Shown one piece after another: positions 37,328 through 49,600 of a DNA stretch of 53,721 nucleotides. The stretch is from Toensbergia leucococca (lineage: Eukaryota). Within the stretch, counting starts at the first letter, position 1. Each line of letters starts with the position of its first letter. Below the pieces are notes generated by a model. That model ran no database searches, was not told the origin of the DNA, and was given only the letters and a program-made list of their open reading frames with translations. Position numbers and translations under genes: made by a program. The stretch lies in the NCBI GenBank assembly GCA_022813965.1, contig JALDZS010000162.1, forward strand, positions 1-53,721, given 5' to 3'.

Positions 37328-38327
37328 ATGGCAGATATACAAGCAGAGATACCCAGCCTGAAGCTTAATGACGGTACATCAATTCCCCTCGTGAGTAAAG
37401 GCATAAATTCGGTGGAAAATTTTGCTGAGATCATATATTAGATTGGGTATGGAACAGGGACGGCCTGGTACAAAGGCTCCGACGATGGCAAAATTGATCG
37501 TAAGCTCGTTGAAAGTATCAAGACAGCCATTAAGCTTGGATACTATCATCTCGACGGTGCCGAGGTTTACAATACGGAGCCCGAACTTGGTGTAGCCATC
37601 AAGGAGAGCGGCGTGGGAAGGGAAAAGCTTTTTGTAACAACGAAGGTCATCACAAACATTGCAAACATCCCAAGTGCCTTTGAAGCTAGTTTGAAGAAGC
37701 TACAGCTGGGTTATGTTGATCTGTTAGACGTCCTTTCCCTAGTCCTTCGACCCGAATCGCATAGACTAACGATGCTCAAGATACCTGATTCATTCTCCGT
37801 TCTTTGCATCCTCTGACAAAGATTTTCAAACCGCCTGGGCTGAAATGGAGAAGATCAAAAGATCTGGCAAAGCGAAATCTATAGGTGTATCGAATTACCT
37901 TCAACCTCACCTAGAAGCTACTCTTGCCACTGCTACAATACCTCCGAGCATCAACCAAATCGAGTATCATCCATACCTGCAACATCAAGGTCTCTTACCT
38001 TACCAATCAAAGCACAAGATCGCTACATCTGCCTACGGTCCCCTCACAGCCGCTACGAAAGCAAAGCCCGGGCCGTGCGACAGCATCCTAGTCTCGTTAG
38101 CAAATAAATACTATGTAAGTGAGGGGGAGATTGCGCTGAGATGGTGCATTGACCAGGGCGTTGTTGCCATTACAACAAGCGGAAAGGAGGAGCGACTGAA
38201 TGACTATTTGAGGGCAACCAAATTTAGCATGACACCTAAGGAAGTCAGGGACATATCAGAAGCGGGCGACCAGAAACACTTCCGAGGATTCTGGCTGGCA
38301 AAATTTGGTGATGACAGCAGACTATGA
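37328..38327 (+). CDS. Aldo-keto reductase (conjugated polyketone/ketopantoyl-lactone reductase-like)
   Basis: LNDGTSIP|IGYGTGTAW; tetrad HLDGAEVY, FVTTK, YLIHSP; SIGVSNY, NQIEYHPY; two introns; ends SRL. Confidence 0.92.
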
Positions 38328-38583
38328 GTCTTCGGATCTGAATTCTACAGAGCAAAGATACTTGGACGTTGAATCAATTGGCAATGCATGTATTCAATGA
38401 GATTTGTTCAACAGCCACCATGTTTGGGTCATATGTACGGTGATCTGTGTTCCGTATCTCCGTCTTGGGTGATCATTTTGTACATAGTCGCTAAGCTTGT
38501 TTATATCCATGTTCTTAAGCTTAACACTTTAAACTAACTACACACTTTTCCCTCTTCAACTTTTTAGACAAAATATCGCCCAG

Positions 38584-40020
38584 ATGGCTCCACAAGTGCT
38601 TTTGCTCCAGCTTGGATCAGCTACTGAGGCAGATATTTTCAAAGAGCTTTACGCTGAGTTTCGCTTGACCATCGAGGCCAAATTTACAACCGCTGTAGCC
38701 CGGACTGATGCCGCTGCATTCCGTGCTCTTGAGAATTCAACCCCTCAAGCAGTCCTTGTTGTAGATGCCGGGCTTGCCAGACAAAAAAGTGGAAACCTTC
38801 AAAAGCGGCTTGCACAGTTTGCGAGTGACGGAGGTACAGTCGTACTGGGATGTCTTTTCAGTTCCTTCGTCTCACCTTCTGACCTTAACCGTCTGTTTAA
38901 GAAGAGGTTCGGACTTCCCTGGAAAGCTGGTGAGTACCATCGTACTACATGTACCCTCAATAGGACATTACAGTCCGTCTTTGGAGAGCATGTCTTTGCA
39001 AATCTCCCAAATTCATACAGTATGAAGGCTACACATCTCAAGGATACTTCGATGACCGAGAGAGTCTACGCCCCCTCTGAATTGTCACGAACCGAGTCTC
39101 TTGTCTTTCCTCCGGCCAAGGTCGACTCGCAGCAATGTCCAGCTGTCTTCGTAAAACATGGTAGAGGCTTCTTCGGTTACATTGGCGACGTCAACAATGA
39201 AGCTGGTTCCCAGACTCTGATCCTGGCGATGTTGGGTCAGTCAACTTGCCAGCATCCGAATTTCTCCAGATTGTATAATAATTCCCGAACAGACACTGCA
39301 ATCAACTCCTCGCTCAGCATCACGACTGCAGCTATGACGATCGATACCATTGCTCGACCATCGAACTACGTGGATGCTGATGTCCTTAACAAGAACACGG
39401 ACTCATGTCCGCGCACCAATATCCCTAACCCAGGCTGCGTAATTTGTAAATCGCTAGTTCCAATCAAGAAATGCGGTGGCTGTCACATGACGCAGTATTG
39501 CTCCATGACATGCCAAAAGGTCGACTGGAAAGCTCACAGGAAGACGTGCTCGAAGTTCAGCGGGGCCCCAAGTCCGAATTCGTCAGAACCTTCAAGCACA
39601 TCCGATTTTAGGAATGTGTTCGGCGACCTTTAAGCAGGTAATTCGAAGCGAGAAACTTTTCATCGTATCATCGACATGTATCGTCTTCGAGTAGAAGACA
39701 CATACTTTATTACAGGAGAAAGGATAGGGTATTACGCTGACCCTGAAGCGCCGCCACCATTGCTTGAGTTTCAACAGTACCTCGATAAAGCGGAGAAAGC
39801 CAAGGTATTACCTTCCTGGTGGAACAAGGGGGCGAAAAATGAGTGCATGACGATTGCTATGAAGCAGGCAGGGGTTTCTTATATTAGTGCTGCAGTAGAG
39901 AAGGGAGCAATTCGGGATGAGTACGGAGATAATATGATGCCAATGAAGATGAGAATGACGGCTGAGGCCATTTTTGGGAAATCAGTTGAAACCGAATTTC
40001 TTGAGGGATATTCAGTGTAA
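38584..40020 (+). CDS. MYND zinc-finger protein with N-terminal alpha/beta domain and C-terminal helical domain; in-frame TAA at 39631-39633
   Basis: MYND CVIC...CGGC...YCSMTCQKVDWKAHRKTC. ORF 39676-40020 (YRLRVED...LPSWW...AVEK...YGDNMMPMKMRM) is in frame with the upstream ORF. Probable intron 39236-39292. Confidence 0.7.
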
Positions 40021-40653
40021 GCACACGCTGCCTAGAGCGGAAGAGATTTATGCCACCTTGATTTCATCTCATTCAGATCTATATTGGAATCCACTATGCT
40101 ATCCTTTTACCGAATTACTGGCCCATGGGTCTGCTGTACATACACAAACTATTGAACAACCTCGGATGAGCAGCAATAACTCCATGAAACCAATTCCTGG
40201 CAGATGTAAATTTCGATTTGTTGAAGAAAAGGTTCCGCGGCTGACATTTGTGATCATGATTGCTTACCATTGCCAACAATCTACTCTACAATTTGTTCGC
40301 TAACACGATCGATAATTAAAGCGTTATGGCGGAATGAATTCATAGAGCAGCAAGTCTTGAGCCTTCCTCGACCGGATTTGAGAAGTCCTAATTCTTTCTT
40401 AATGTTGGTTTGCTTTGAGGGCAGCGGGCTTGCTTCCCATTTGCACAAACCGAGCTCTCAATTACCAAATTGCGCTGTTGTAAAGCTTTCAAGTCTCCAT
40501 GACTTTATCATGGGACAACATCAGTCTCGAGGCCTTCGCCCTGCCCATACGGATTAGTATCTTCGGCTCTCGAGTAGATTTCGGGTCACGCATGTGTGGA
40601 GTAGGGCGATGGCAAGGGCAAGGACAATTGTAGAATATTTCAAGATAGACTAC

Positions 40654-40705
40654 GACTGTGGTGACTGTGGTGACTGTGGTGACTGTGGTGACTGTGGTGA
40701 CTGTG
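40654..40705. repeat. Tandem repeat (GACTGTGGT) x ~5.8
   Basis: Perfect 9-bp units read directly, ~280 bp upstream of the BTB gene ATG. Confidence 0.95.
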
Positions 40706-40981
40706 CCTCTGGACTTGTGTGGCTTGCTCGACCAATAACAAGGCTTTTCTGATTATGTCATTGCCTTCCCAGCCCCGTCATCCCGGTTTATTCCCCAGCC
40801 TCTTATCAACGTTTTCCGTTGCACTGTCACTTACCTCTTCATTTTTCAATTCTACAGTCAATCCTTCTCAGAATTTACAAAAATCCTCGTCTCTCATTCG
40901 GTGTTCATCCTCTACCAGATCGTAAATATTGATTTTTCTTACGACATTCTTAACCGGTGCGGCAGCCCCTCCACCTTCACC

Positions 40982-41771
40982 ATGTCTGTCAAATCCGAGA
41001 AACCATTGAATGAGTACTTAGCTTCCCCCATGATCTGTTGTCAGTATGGCTATGCTAATCCCACTTCTCTGTTTTAGACTCCTCAGCCGCACTCTCGTCG
41101 ACGTTTACGTCGGCCCAGAAAACACTCATTGGATCCTCCACGAGAAACTTCTTTGCTATCACTCCCCATTCTTCTCTTCAATATTCTATGCAAAAGACAA
41201 CAAAGCCTCGTCGTCCAAGTCTTTCGGTCTTCCAGATTCTGATGACCTCCCTTTCGAGCTCTTTGTCGGCTGGCTCTATTCTCGTGCTCTGCGCTACCCC
41301 GTTGAGGAGAAGGATGTTGGCCCCCTCCTTGACCTGTACTTCCTTTCCGAGAGATTCGAAATCGCAAAATTAGGCGAAGATATTGTCGAGACTGTACGCG
41401 CTTTCTACCATCACAACGAGAGTTATCCAGGTCTCAGGAGAGTGCAGTATGTGTATGCCAACACCCAAGAGGACAACCCAATGCGGGAGATGATGGTTGG
41501 AAGTGTGGCGAGATATTTGACGTTGAGCGATGCTATCCCGATACACTGGGAACGGGCGTTGAAAAAAAATGGGCAACTGGCAGTTGACATCATTCGGAGC
41601 ATTCAAGAATGGCACTTGGAGAGCATGACGGTGCCGGACGCGAGAGACGGTAGCGTGGAAAGAGGGAGAGGAAAGGGAATGGGGTTCAGCCAGGTAGAGG
41701 AAGGTAGCTCATTAGGCGAAGTCAAGGAGGAGGACGCAGGCGAGGGGGCGAAACAGAACGGCAACTCGTAG
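40982..41771 (+). CDS. BTB/POZ domain protein
   Basis: Exon 1 MSVKSEKPLNE, intron 41014-41077; VDVYVG....WILHEKLLCYHSPFF, LPD.D..PFELFVGWLYS, VQYVYANT typical of fungal BTB proteins. Confidence 0.88.
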
Positions 41772-42794
41772 AGCTCAATGGCGGATTTCACGTTGTGCGA
41801 ATATAGTAAGTTGTAATGGGAGTAGCGCGACGTTTTGTCAATGTCAATTGAATGGAAAAGGGGCTTCGATCTATGCTTTGCCTTGATTTATGAGATTTAC
41901 AACATTCAGAATGTTTTTTTATATCACCACGCGAAACTCAACATTCGAGTAAACTTTCAATCTATCATTCAGTTTTCTATCTACCGACATCATTATCTGA
42001 TGACGGCTGATGAAATTCCACACCTTACGGTTGTTCTAAGATGTTAGACTTTGAATGGTCTGACAGAGTCTTGGTCTTTATCATGGAATGGTAATAGACC
42101 GTCATCGCCATCTTGATTTGGCAGACACAGCGAATGTTGAGGAAGTACTTCATATGCCAGAGGACAACGCCCAGTAGGGTACCTGAAAATAACAAACGAA
42201 CATTTTACATACTTTTACGGTGCCAGTTGAAGAACTTTGAGTGGCTGACTGGCGTATCCGAGAGCTGTCCTGAAAATGTGCTCTTCTCCTCTAGAGTGAA
42301 ATTGTCAGAGTGTTCACGAGTCCCACTCCTGCTACTCAACGAGCATGGTCCTGAGGAAGGAAGCTGAAAGGGAACTTGCGAGTGCTTTGATACTTCATAT
42401 TTGTCTTTGTCCCGACGATGAACAAACCTGCTGAGCTTGGTGAAGACAATAGGACAATGCCATTGAGTTTATCGAAGACAGCAAGGGCAACAAAGCAGCC
42501 GGGGCAAACCATGTGCAGTCACAAAGATTTGAGGCATCAGGATTTAACATTAACTGAACTATTCACGCGATGATAGGACGAGTCATGGCATGAATTCACT
42601 GTGTTTTGTCCCATGATAAAAACTCGGGTTACACAAGCACTTCTTCTCGATACACATTAGCAACTCTTACCTCCTGTGTACCAATTGTCTTGCTAATTCG
42701 CTCTCCTGCGTCCAGTTTCCCTCTCGTGAGCACACATCCAACCACTCAAAGCTACTTTCAGCAGCGGGAAGACTCCGAGTCAACGGTTTCTCCA

Positions 42795-43055
42795 ATGGCA
42801 GTCAGACACCAATGGACGCCTGAACAAATCGACATGGTCACCGTGCTCAAATTCCATCGAGAGCTCTCCTTCACGAGCATTGCCATCAAGTTCAAGGAGG
42901 CTTTCGGTCGCCATTTCTCGCGGCAATTTCTTGTCCTTCACTATAAGAACTGGCAAGACGACAGGACTTTTACACAACACCACTATTGGCTTGATAGATC
43001 GAAGGACGATGCTGATGTGAAGGAGATATTGGAAAGATATGGATGTTGGTGGTAA
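42795..43055 (+). CDS. Small (86 aa) Myb/HTH-like hypothetical protein
   Basis: MAVRHQWTPEQIDMV...LSFTSIAIKFKEAFGRHFS resembles a single Myb/SANT-like repeat (WT.E..., IA..F); pyrimidine-rich leader. Confidence 0.5.
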   Translation: MAVRHQWTPEQIDMVTVLKFHRELSFTSIAIKFKEAFGRHFSRQFLVLHYKNWQDDRTFTQHHYWLDRSKDDADVKEILERYGCWW

Positions 43056-43714
43056 ATTCGGCTATGGACGTTAGATCTTAGGAATACGAAATAGGCTATT
43101 TGGGGCCTTGTTCATGAAGAGGCCGCGTGAACAAAATTTGTTGTCAACCTCTATTCACATTTGCTTGGATCGGCTCACGTTGTTGACTGGTTGTGCTAGA
43201 CAAATTTCGAGACAGCCCTAGTGTATTCAAGATACCTTAGCTTGCACTATCTCTTCATAATGTAATCATGATTGTTAGAAAAAGTCTCATTGTGCAAGTA
43301 GAAATGAGTCAACAACGACGCTGCAGAGATGATCGAACCCAAAGAGACAAGTCAATCTTATCTGTCATCAGGTCCCAGAAGAAATCAGGGGTCCGACACA
43401 ACGTTCTAATAAGAAAAAAGGTAAACACTAGCACGAGCTTGGAGGCCATCCTCTTCATGTCTCGATGTCTTTTACCTCAATTCAAGAACATTATTCCAGC
43501 CTGGGATGTCTATCTGGAATCGTAAGTTCATGTTTTGGGAGCACTTCCGAGCACTTCATTCAATAGGTTGCAACGATTATAGAGCCCATACTTGGAGATG
43601 GTAATGGCAAACTTCTTGATACGGAAGTCTCCGTATTTTAGCCTTCACCTGCGAAGCACTTTGATCACACTTTCCACTCGCCATTGACTAGTCCCCTCTT
43701 CTTACTTCGGAGCC

Positions 43715-44324
43715 TCACAACTTCTGCCGTCTCGGATCCCTAGTAACATCGTAGCTAAGATTGCTCCCAGTCTGGGCTCCTTTGATTGCACTTCCTACAG
43801 AGGTAATTGGCGTTGCGGTTTCACTGCCTCCTGACAAGGCTCCAGAATCTCGCATAGAACGCTCTTTTGCCTGGTAGTAATACTCCAACGTCTTTGCAGA
43901 TTGGTGGTCATAGCCATCGAGCTTGGCAGTTGTTTCGTCTGCGAGACTCAGTAGATCTTCTTCGGGCCGTGAGAGAGGTTCAAATTGTGGATTTGGCCTT
44001 GATGATGGATTGAGGTTGGGCTTGTGGGTTTGGGTGTTCCATCGAGTACTTATCAATCTCAAGATGGCTTGTTTTTCAGAGTCAGACCCGGGCTCATCCT
44101 TAGGCTCAGTGGCTGGCTGGTTAGCAGCGGCTAGGTTGACGATGTTTGCTCTGCATCACTCATTTTAGTATTCGTCTGCTTGAGCTAGAATGACTTGTGT
44201 ATCTATACTTGACATCACTGCGGCAAGCCTCAAGATTGGCAATAATACTGTTGAGCTTATCTGCTCGCGACGGTCGTAAGCCCGGTGATAATTGGATGAT
44301 CCTGGTCATCGATTTAGCCTGCAT
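43715..44324 (-). CDS. Hypothetical protein ending in an RDPRR motif; 5' structure uncertain
   Basis: Plausible exon MQAKSMTRII...RSDVK, intron GTATAG...ACTAA...GCAG, then open frame to YDVTRDPRRQKL*. Confidence 0.45.
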
Positions 44325-45685
44325 CTATCTAGGCGAGCCTCGAGTAAGACGGTTCTAGGCATACGAAGGAAAGGAACGTATAAGAGCCTGTTGAAGAGAG
44401 ATCTGGAATAACTCCTTAGAATGGGGTTTTTCGGGGCAGCAGGGATGGTTGGTGTACCTGGTCTCGTACTGGCTGTGAGGCCATCGAGAAACGTCTAGAC
44501 ATAGGGAGACGAACGGACTTTCTAAAGCGCCTTACACTCTTGAGTCACCAGACTGCAGATGTACACTAAGAATTGAAGATGAAGAGAAAAGAGATGGACT
44601 TGATTTTGCAGAAATGGGAGGGCATCCAAAACATAGGAAGAAGCATAATACGGACGACACCACAAACAGCTATGATGAGATTGATCAGGTAAACATGTGA
44701 ATTGAGGTCATATGATCTACTTCTTGACGAGAACAGGATCAAGCGTATGCAATATATTTTACACATCCACTTGAGGTTGAAGGATTGCATCGAGAACTCG
44801 TCTGTTTAAGCGCCGCCAAGGCCCCGATTTAGCTAGAATAGAACTAAACGCCGTCTTCTCCGCTTTCAATTATCTATTTCACCTAGCTTGATGGATCGAC
44901 AATTGACTTCAAGGAAAAGCAAGTAATGTTCTTTCTGTTGCTTGCCTTGAAGTGTATATCACACGGAACCAATCTGGCCGAAGTTGTTCCTCTAGGTCTT
45001 GTATCATGAGTGATACAGCGCTGGCTAGTATATGGAGACAATATGTAGCGTGAGGTCGGACCAGGCGTTGAGATCTGCCGGAAGTCAAGTGGGACTACAG
45101 GAAGGCCTATCACACCGGATCGCTTTGGTCGCCCTTGAAAGACCTGGGTGGAGAGAGTCATTACATCTTTGCTATCAGCTAGATCCATGCCTGTGTCCTT
45201 GGTATAATCGGGGCCATGGTGCTTATCTGACACTACACCCTGATATGTTCAACAGAACATGAATGAATCGCAGGATATGTAGGCATAATCGAGAATTCCA
45301 CGTGTATTACATCACTGGGGTCAATATCGTATTCCTCATCTCAGCCCACAATTGAACTTCTTCGTTCATTGATAACCCTAGTGAGCTATCAGTTAAATTT
45401 GATGAGGCTAGCGTCCGTGCTACCTTCATGTCAAGTCCACCCAATCATGCAGCAAGTATAACATCAGCCACGATAAGTGACAGGCCAAACCTTCACAGAA
45501 AGCTCCAAGCGGGCATGGGGATATTTATTCAAGGACTCTCATGACCATGATCATACAATTCAGACAAGACAGCCGATGCTGCAAGAGTAGGCTATAGCCA
45601 AGAAACGCTCAGTGGGTATCAACATTAGAATGAAATGCAAGGGCAGTACTTGACAGTACTGTGTATGTGTCAGCAAGTATAGAAT

Positions 45686-46682
45686 TCATTGGCGAAGACC
45701 TTTCGACCCCAGTGGCGACTCGGAGGGGGTCCCTCTTTTCTCGGGGTTGTTGGCTGGAATCCATACTCTTTCGGCAGGGTCCCACCGATGGCTGTGTTGT
45801 CGAGTCAGCGATGCATAGATGACTGTTTGGAAAACGAGTTGATTAGTAGGCATACCCTTCATATGTGGTCAGAACAAGCGCCTTTGATTCGTACTCCTCC
45901 ATAAGAATCCGATCGTATGCATAGGGTACTTTCGCAAGAACACCTTCGTATACGCTCTCTCGCATCGGATACAAGTCACTAGTGTGGTATCGATGATAAT
46001 TCTTGCAAACCCAAACGCCCGGTTGTACACTCGGGTGTGTCTCGGATAAGCCGGTGATGTCAATATATAGACCGTTGCGTATATCAATCCAACGTGCGTC
46101 GATGATGTTGAAGCCGTCGCCCCGCTCGCGCTCTTGGATAGCCGGATTGACATCGAGGAGGTACTCGCGCTCCATAGGAAGTTCAGTGTCGCTAAGAGTG
46201 TAACGGTGTATTGTGCGATTCATATGCTCCCCAAGGTATTGAAGAGTAGAGGTGGAAACCTGGGTATCTATATCCCAGTCCCACGGAAGCATCTGTGTAT
46301 GAAACGAGAGATCAGCTGCATGCTGAGCATTTCCGCCAGGGTGACAAACCTTTCCATTCCACCACCAGCCCAACAATGTCCCGTGAGCTATCCATGTTTC
46401 TATGCCATTTTCTTGAGACATGTTGAGATATGCTCGTATCATATGCAACTGGGTATCTTTCTTCTCCATATAGCTCAACTCTTCATGAAAGTATCTCTTG
46501 TCATAATGGCTGAGCAGCTCGCTACCACCAGGCTCGTGAAAGTACTTCAACTGTTCCTCCTCCTCTGTCTCTCGGCGTTGTATTCTAGGCGTTTGGGCTC
46601 TGCCAACACAAGGTACCGAGGATGCTTCGACGAGCACGTGGCAAGCTGAAATGACTGCAATAATCAACGCAAGAGTTCGCAT
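45686..46682 (-). CDS. LicD/fukutin-family phosphotransferase (Mnn4-related), secreted or Golgi
   Basis: Signal peptide; KYFHEPG..HYD.RY; TWIAHGTLLGWWWNG|MLPWDWDID (DxD); IDARWID..NGLYIDIT; CKNYHRY; last exon HRWDPAERVW to TGA 45686. Confidence 0.9.
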
Positions 46683-49600
46683 GGCGAGACAGATTGATCA
46701 GTGCAGAGCAGGCTAGAAGAAGACGAAGAGTATAATTTCAAACGAGGAGATATCCTCCCAAGGCTAGGAAGATGTCCCTAGGGATGGCGAGTAACTGAAT
46801 ACATTGGTCGTGTGCATGAGGGTGAACCGAGGTTCATGGATGTAGATGTTGAGGGGAGTTGTATGAGATTCAAGGCGTTATTCCACAAATGGATTGAGGC
46901 TCACCTTATCTCGAGTACCCAGCAAAAGCAGAAAGAGAAAACCCAGTGGGCCAACGTTGACGGCCCGGGGTAAATCTAGATTTGTAGGCCAAGCTCATTA
47001 GTAAGTAGCATGGATTGGCCGCGTGTTTGCTTGGCACGAAAAAAGCAATTGCAGACTGCATTTCGTACAATAAGATATCCATAGTCAACGACAGGGGACA
47101 ATGAGGGTCTGGAAGAATGATACGATTCAATGCTTCCCAGTACGCTGCTTGTTCATTGTATCTTCCACCGTCTCGTGTTTCTCCCAGCACAGTCGGACCT
47201 CCATCGATCAGTAGAATCATGGTCGGAGGTGGTGGGGGAGCGCTGCACAAATTTGCGTAACCCCTGCAGATAGTGTCGTGTGCTCAATTCCTCCATTTGA
47301 TAATGATTGGTGCATCAGATTAACGATACGTCATCATAATCAGATAATGTCTAGCCGTTCCGTCTATGGTCACATTCCTTCGATTTCAATGATAATGGAA
47401 GTACCTTACCTTACCTCGGGGGTTTTACTAGCCAATACGCTCAACGGTGCCTGGTAATCTCATTTTACCAGCTCGGCCTTAGCAATGGCTTCCACGGTGT
47501 TTGTCTCAACCCCAGTCGCGGCACAAGCTAAGACCTCACTTTCGTTCTTACTGTCCCGCAGCACTCTGACGATCTCTAACTTAACCTCACTTCATCATCA
47601 TATTAAGCAACTCCTTGATTGCAATCGGAACAAATTTAAAACGAAAACTTTGATGACATGACATTCGGTCTTTTTATTTTCGCAAGCCGATACTCGTGCG
47701 ATATTATTTGTCAAGCCTGGTTGATGTTAATAGACTGTGTGAATGCAAAACGCAGGAATCTCTACTGGCAGCAACACAAGATCGTACTCTTACAATCTTA
47801 AGGTCTTACTTCTCACTAGCTCTGGAATCATCAACGGTACTCATGTCATCAAGACTTACTGTCAAAGTTGCGTCTTCATAGACCTCGAATCCTTTAGCAG
47901 GCCATAGCTCTACGCCTATAGCCGTGGTGACAGCCTGCGGAGCATTTGTGAAATGGCCTGCGTCCAGCGTCATAACACGTGTAGTGAGAGATTTACTGTG
48001 CACCATTAACCATAGACCAAAGTGACTGCATCAACGACGAAAGCAAAGACAAATTCACCATCAGTACAGCGCAAGCCACAGGCAATGGTGGCGATCCCAT
48101 AGGCTTCTTCCACCACTTTTGGCACCGCTGATGTCAGATTAGATCGGAAAGATGCACGATACTCTCACCTGTGGTACCTTCAGGATTCCGATACCACTCG
48201 GGGTACTTTATTACATTTTCTTAAGAAAATTCGTTGGCATTGGGTTACCCAAATCCAGGCATTTGTCATAGCCTACCTCAACAGAGCAGTGGGCTTCTGC
48301 TTCAGCACAGATTATGATCAGTTCAAGTCCTTTAATACGGTCTATCAGATCTATGCTATCGTGTTCTCTATGGCCCTCTTCTTCCAGTTCCTCCTGCACT
48401 GGTATCAACACCGCGATTACAAGAGCACCTACCTTACCAAACCCTACTTCATAGTCCATCGTACTGAGGTCACCTCCTCGTACTTCTGGGAACTGTGAAT
48501 GGGGCTATAGGCCTCTCTTTCGCCTCAAATATTAGAAAAATAGTCACTTATCTTATTGTCGTAGCTGTCGTCCTCGTCTTCACCACTAAGAAGATTTCTC
48601 AAATACCGCTGCAGCATCCGTTGGAGTATTTCTATCGCCTCCCCGGCGTATGAACTCCAGGAGAGGTGGATGGCACTGTAGCATAGCTCCCATGTTGGTC
48701 TTACCCAGAGTACTGCGGCAAGCAGATTAGATGTGTTACGAGAGACTATGGAGAAAAAAACGTTTTCGGCGCCTATAGAGCGTTTAGTAGCCAACAGTAT
48801 TTTGGCTGAAATGATTATACGAGTCAAATAAGCCAATAAGGGGGATCGGCGATATGAAGCGTCATGGAAAGCGGATATATTCTACCTGTTTCCATAATGC
48901 GAAAGTGTTCAGAAGCACAAATTCTTAGCACGCAGGCCAGTAGTACTTCTTTTACAAAGGCAGAGGTGCTGAAATATGCACCTATCGCTTTGTTTTCTCT
49001 TTAGCCATGGGAACAAAGCGACTGTATACTTCGCGCCAGCCTCAACAACAGTAGTGATACTGTTGTTGAAGCTATGAATGGGATGCTTATGCCTAGATAC
49101 AGCTGTTCAATCGCCGACATACTATCAGCGAATCATGACTACTCAGACAGCGCACAAGTCTCTGTTCCATGGATAAAGCTGTACTATTTCAACAAAAACG
49201 CACTTGAACGATAAAGCGTTCCTGGGTCGGGCTACGCCGACGGTACTGAGTTGATTTATCTTCTGCAATCGCCATCCGTTGTCCAACCACCTCTCTCTCT
49301 TGAAAAGAGGAAACCCGTGCTGATAGCAACAGTCTCCTATCTTTTAGGATCCAGGTGCAGCGAACCTAAGCCACGAATCGTACTGAGAACCATCCATGAC
49401 TCTGAAGCATGGAACCGTCTATGTTTGAACGCAAGAAGGTTCACAGTATGGACCTCGGACTCGGAGCGATACCAGCTATCCGCAGAGCCAAAAGATACAC
49501 AGTTCATAGGTCAACGATCAAGCGTTTTTCAACAATATATCCGAGCTTTAAGGTTGATCCTATGCTTTGAAGGAAACAAACGATCCTCAAGAATGTAAGC

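Noticed and set aside
26339..38327. Secondary-metabolite cluster (MFS plus AKR)
   Set aside because: No PKS, NRPS or terpene synthase backbone and no cluster transcription factor in the window.
3006..46682. Glycan/secretory gene cluster (TPT, ERD2, GH85, SPATA20, LicD)
   Set aside because: The genes are spread over 43 kb among unrelated housekeeping genes; no evidence of a functional cluster.
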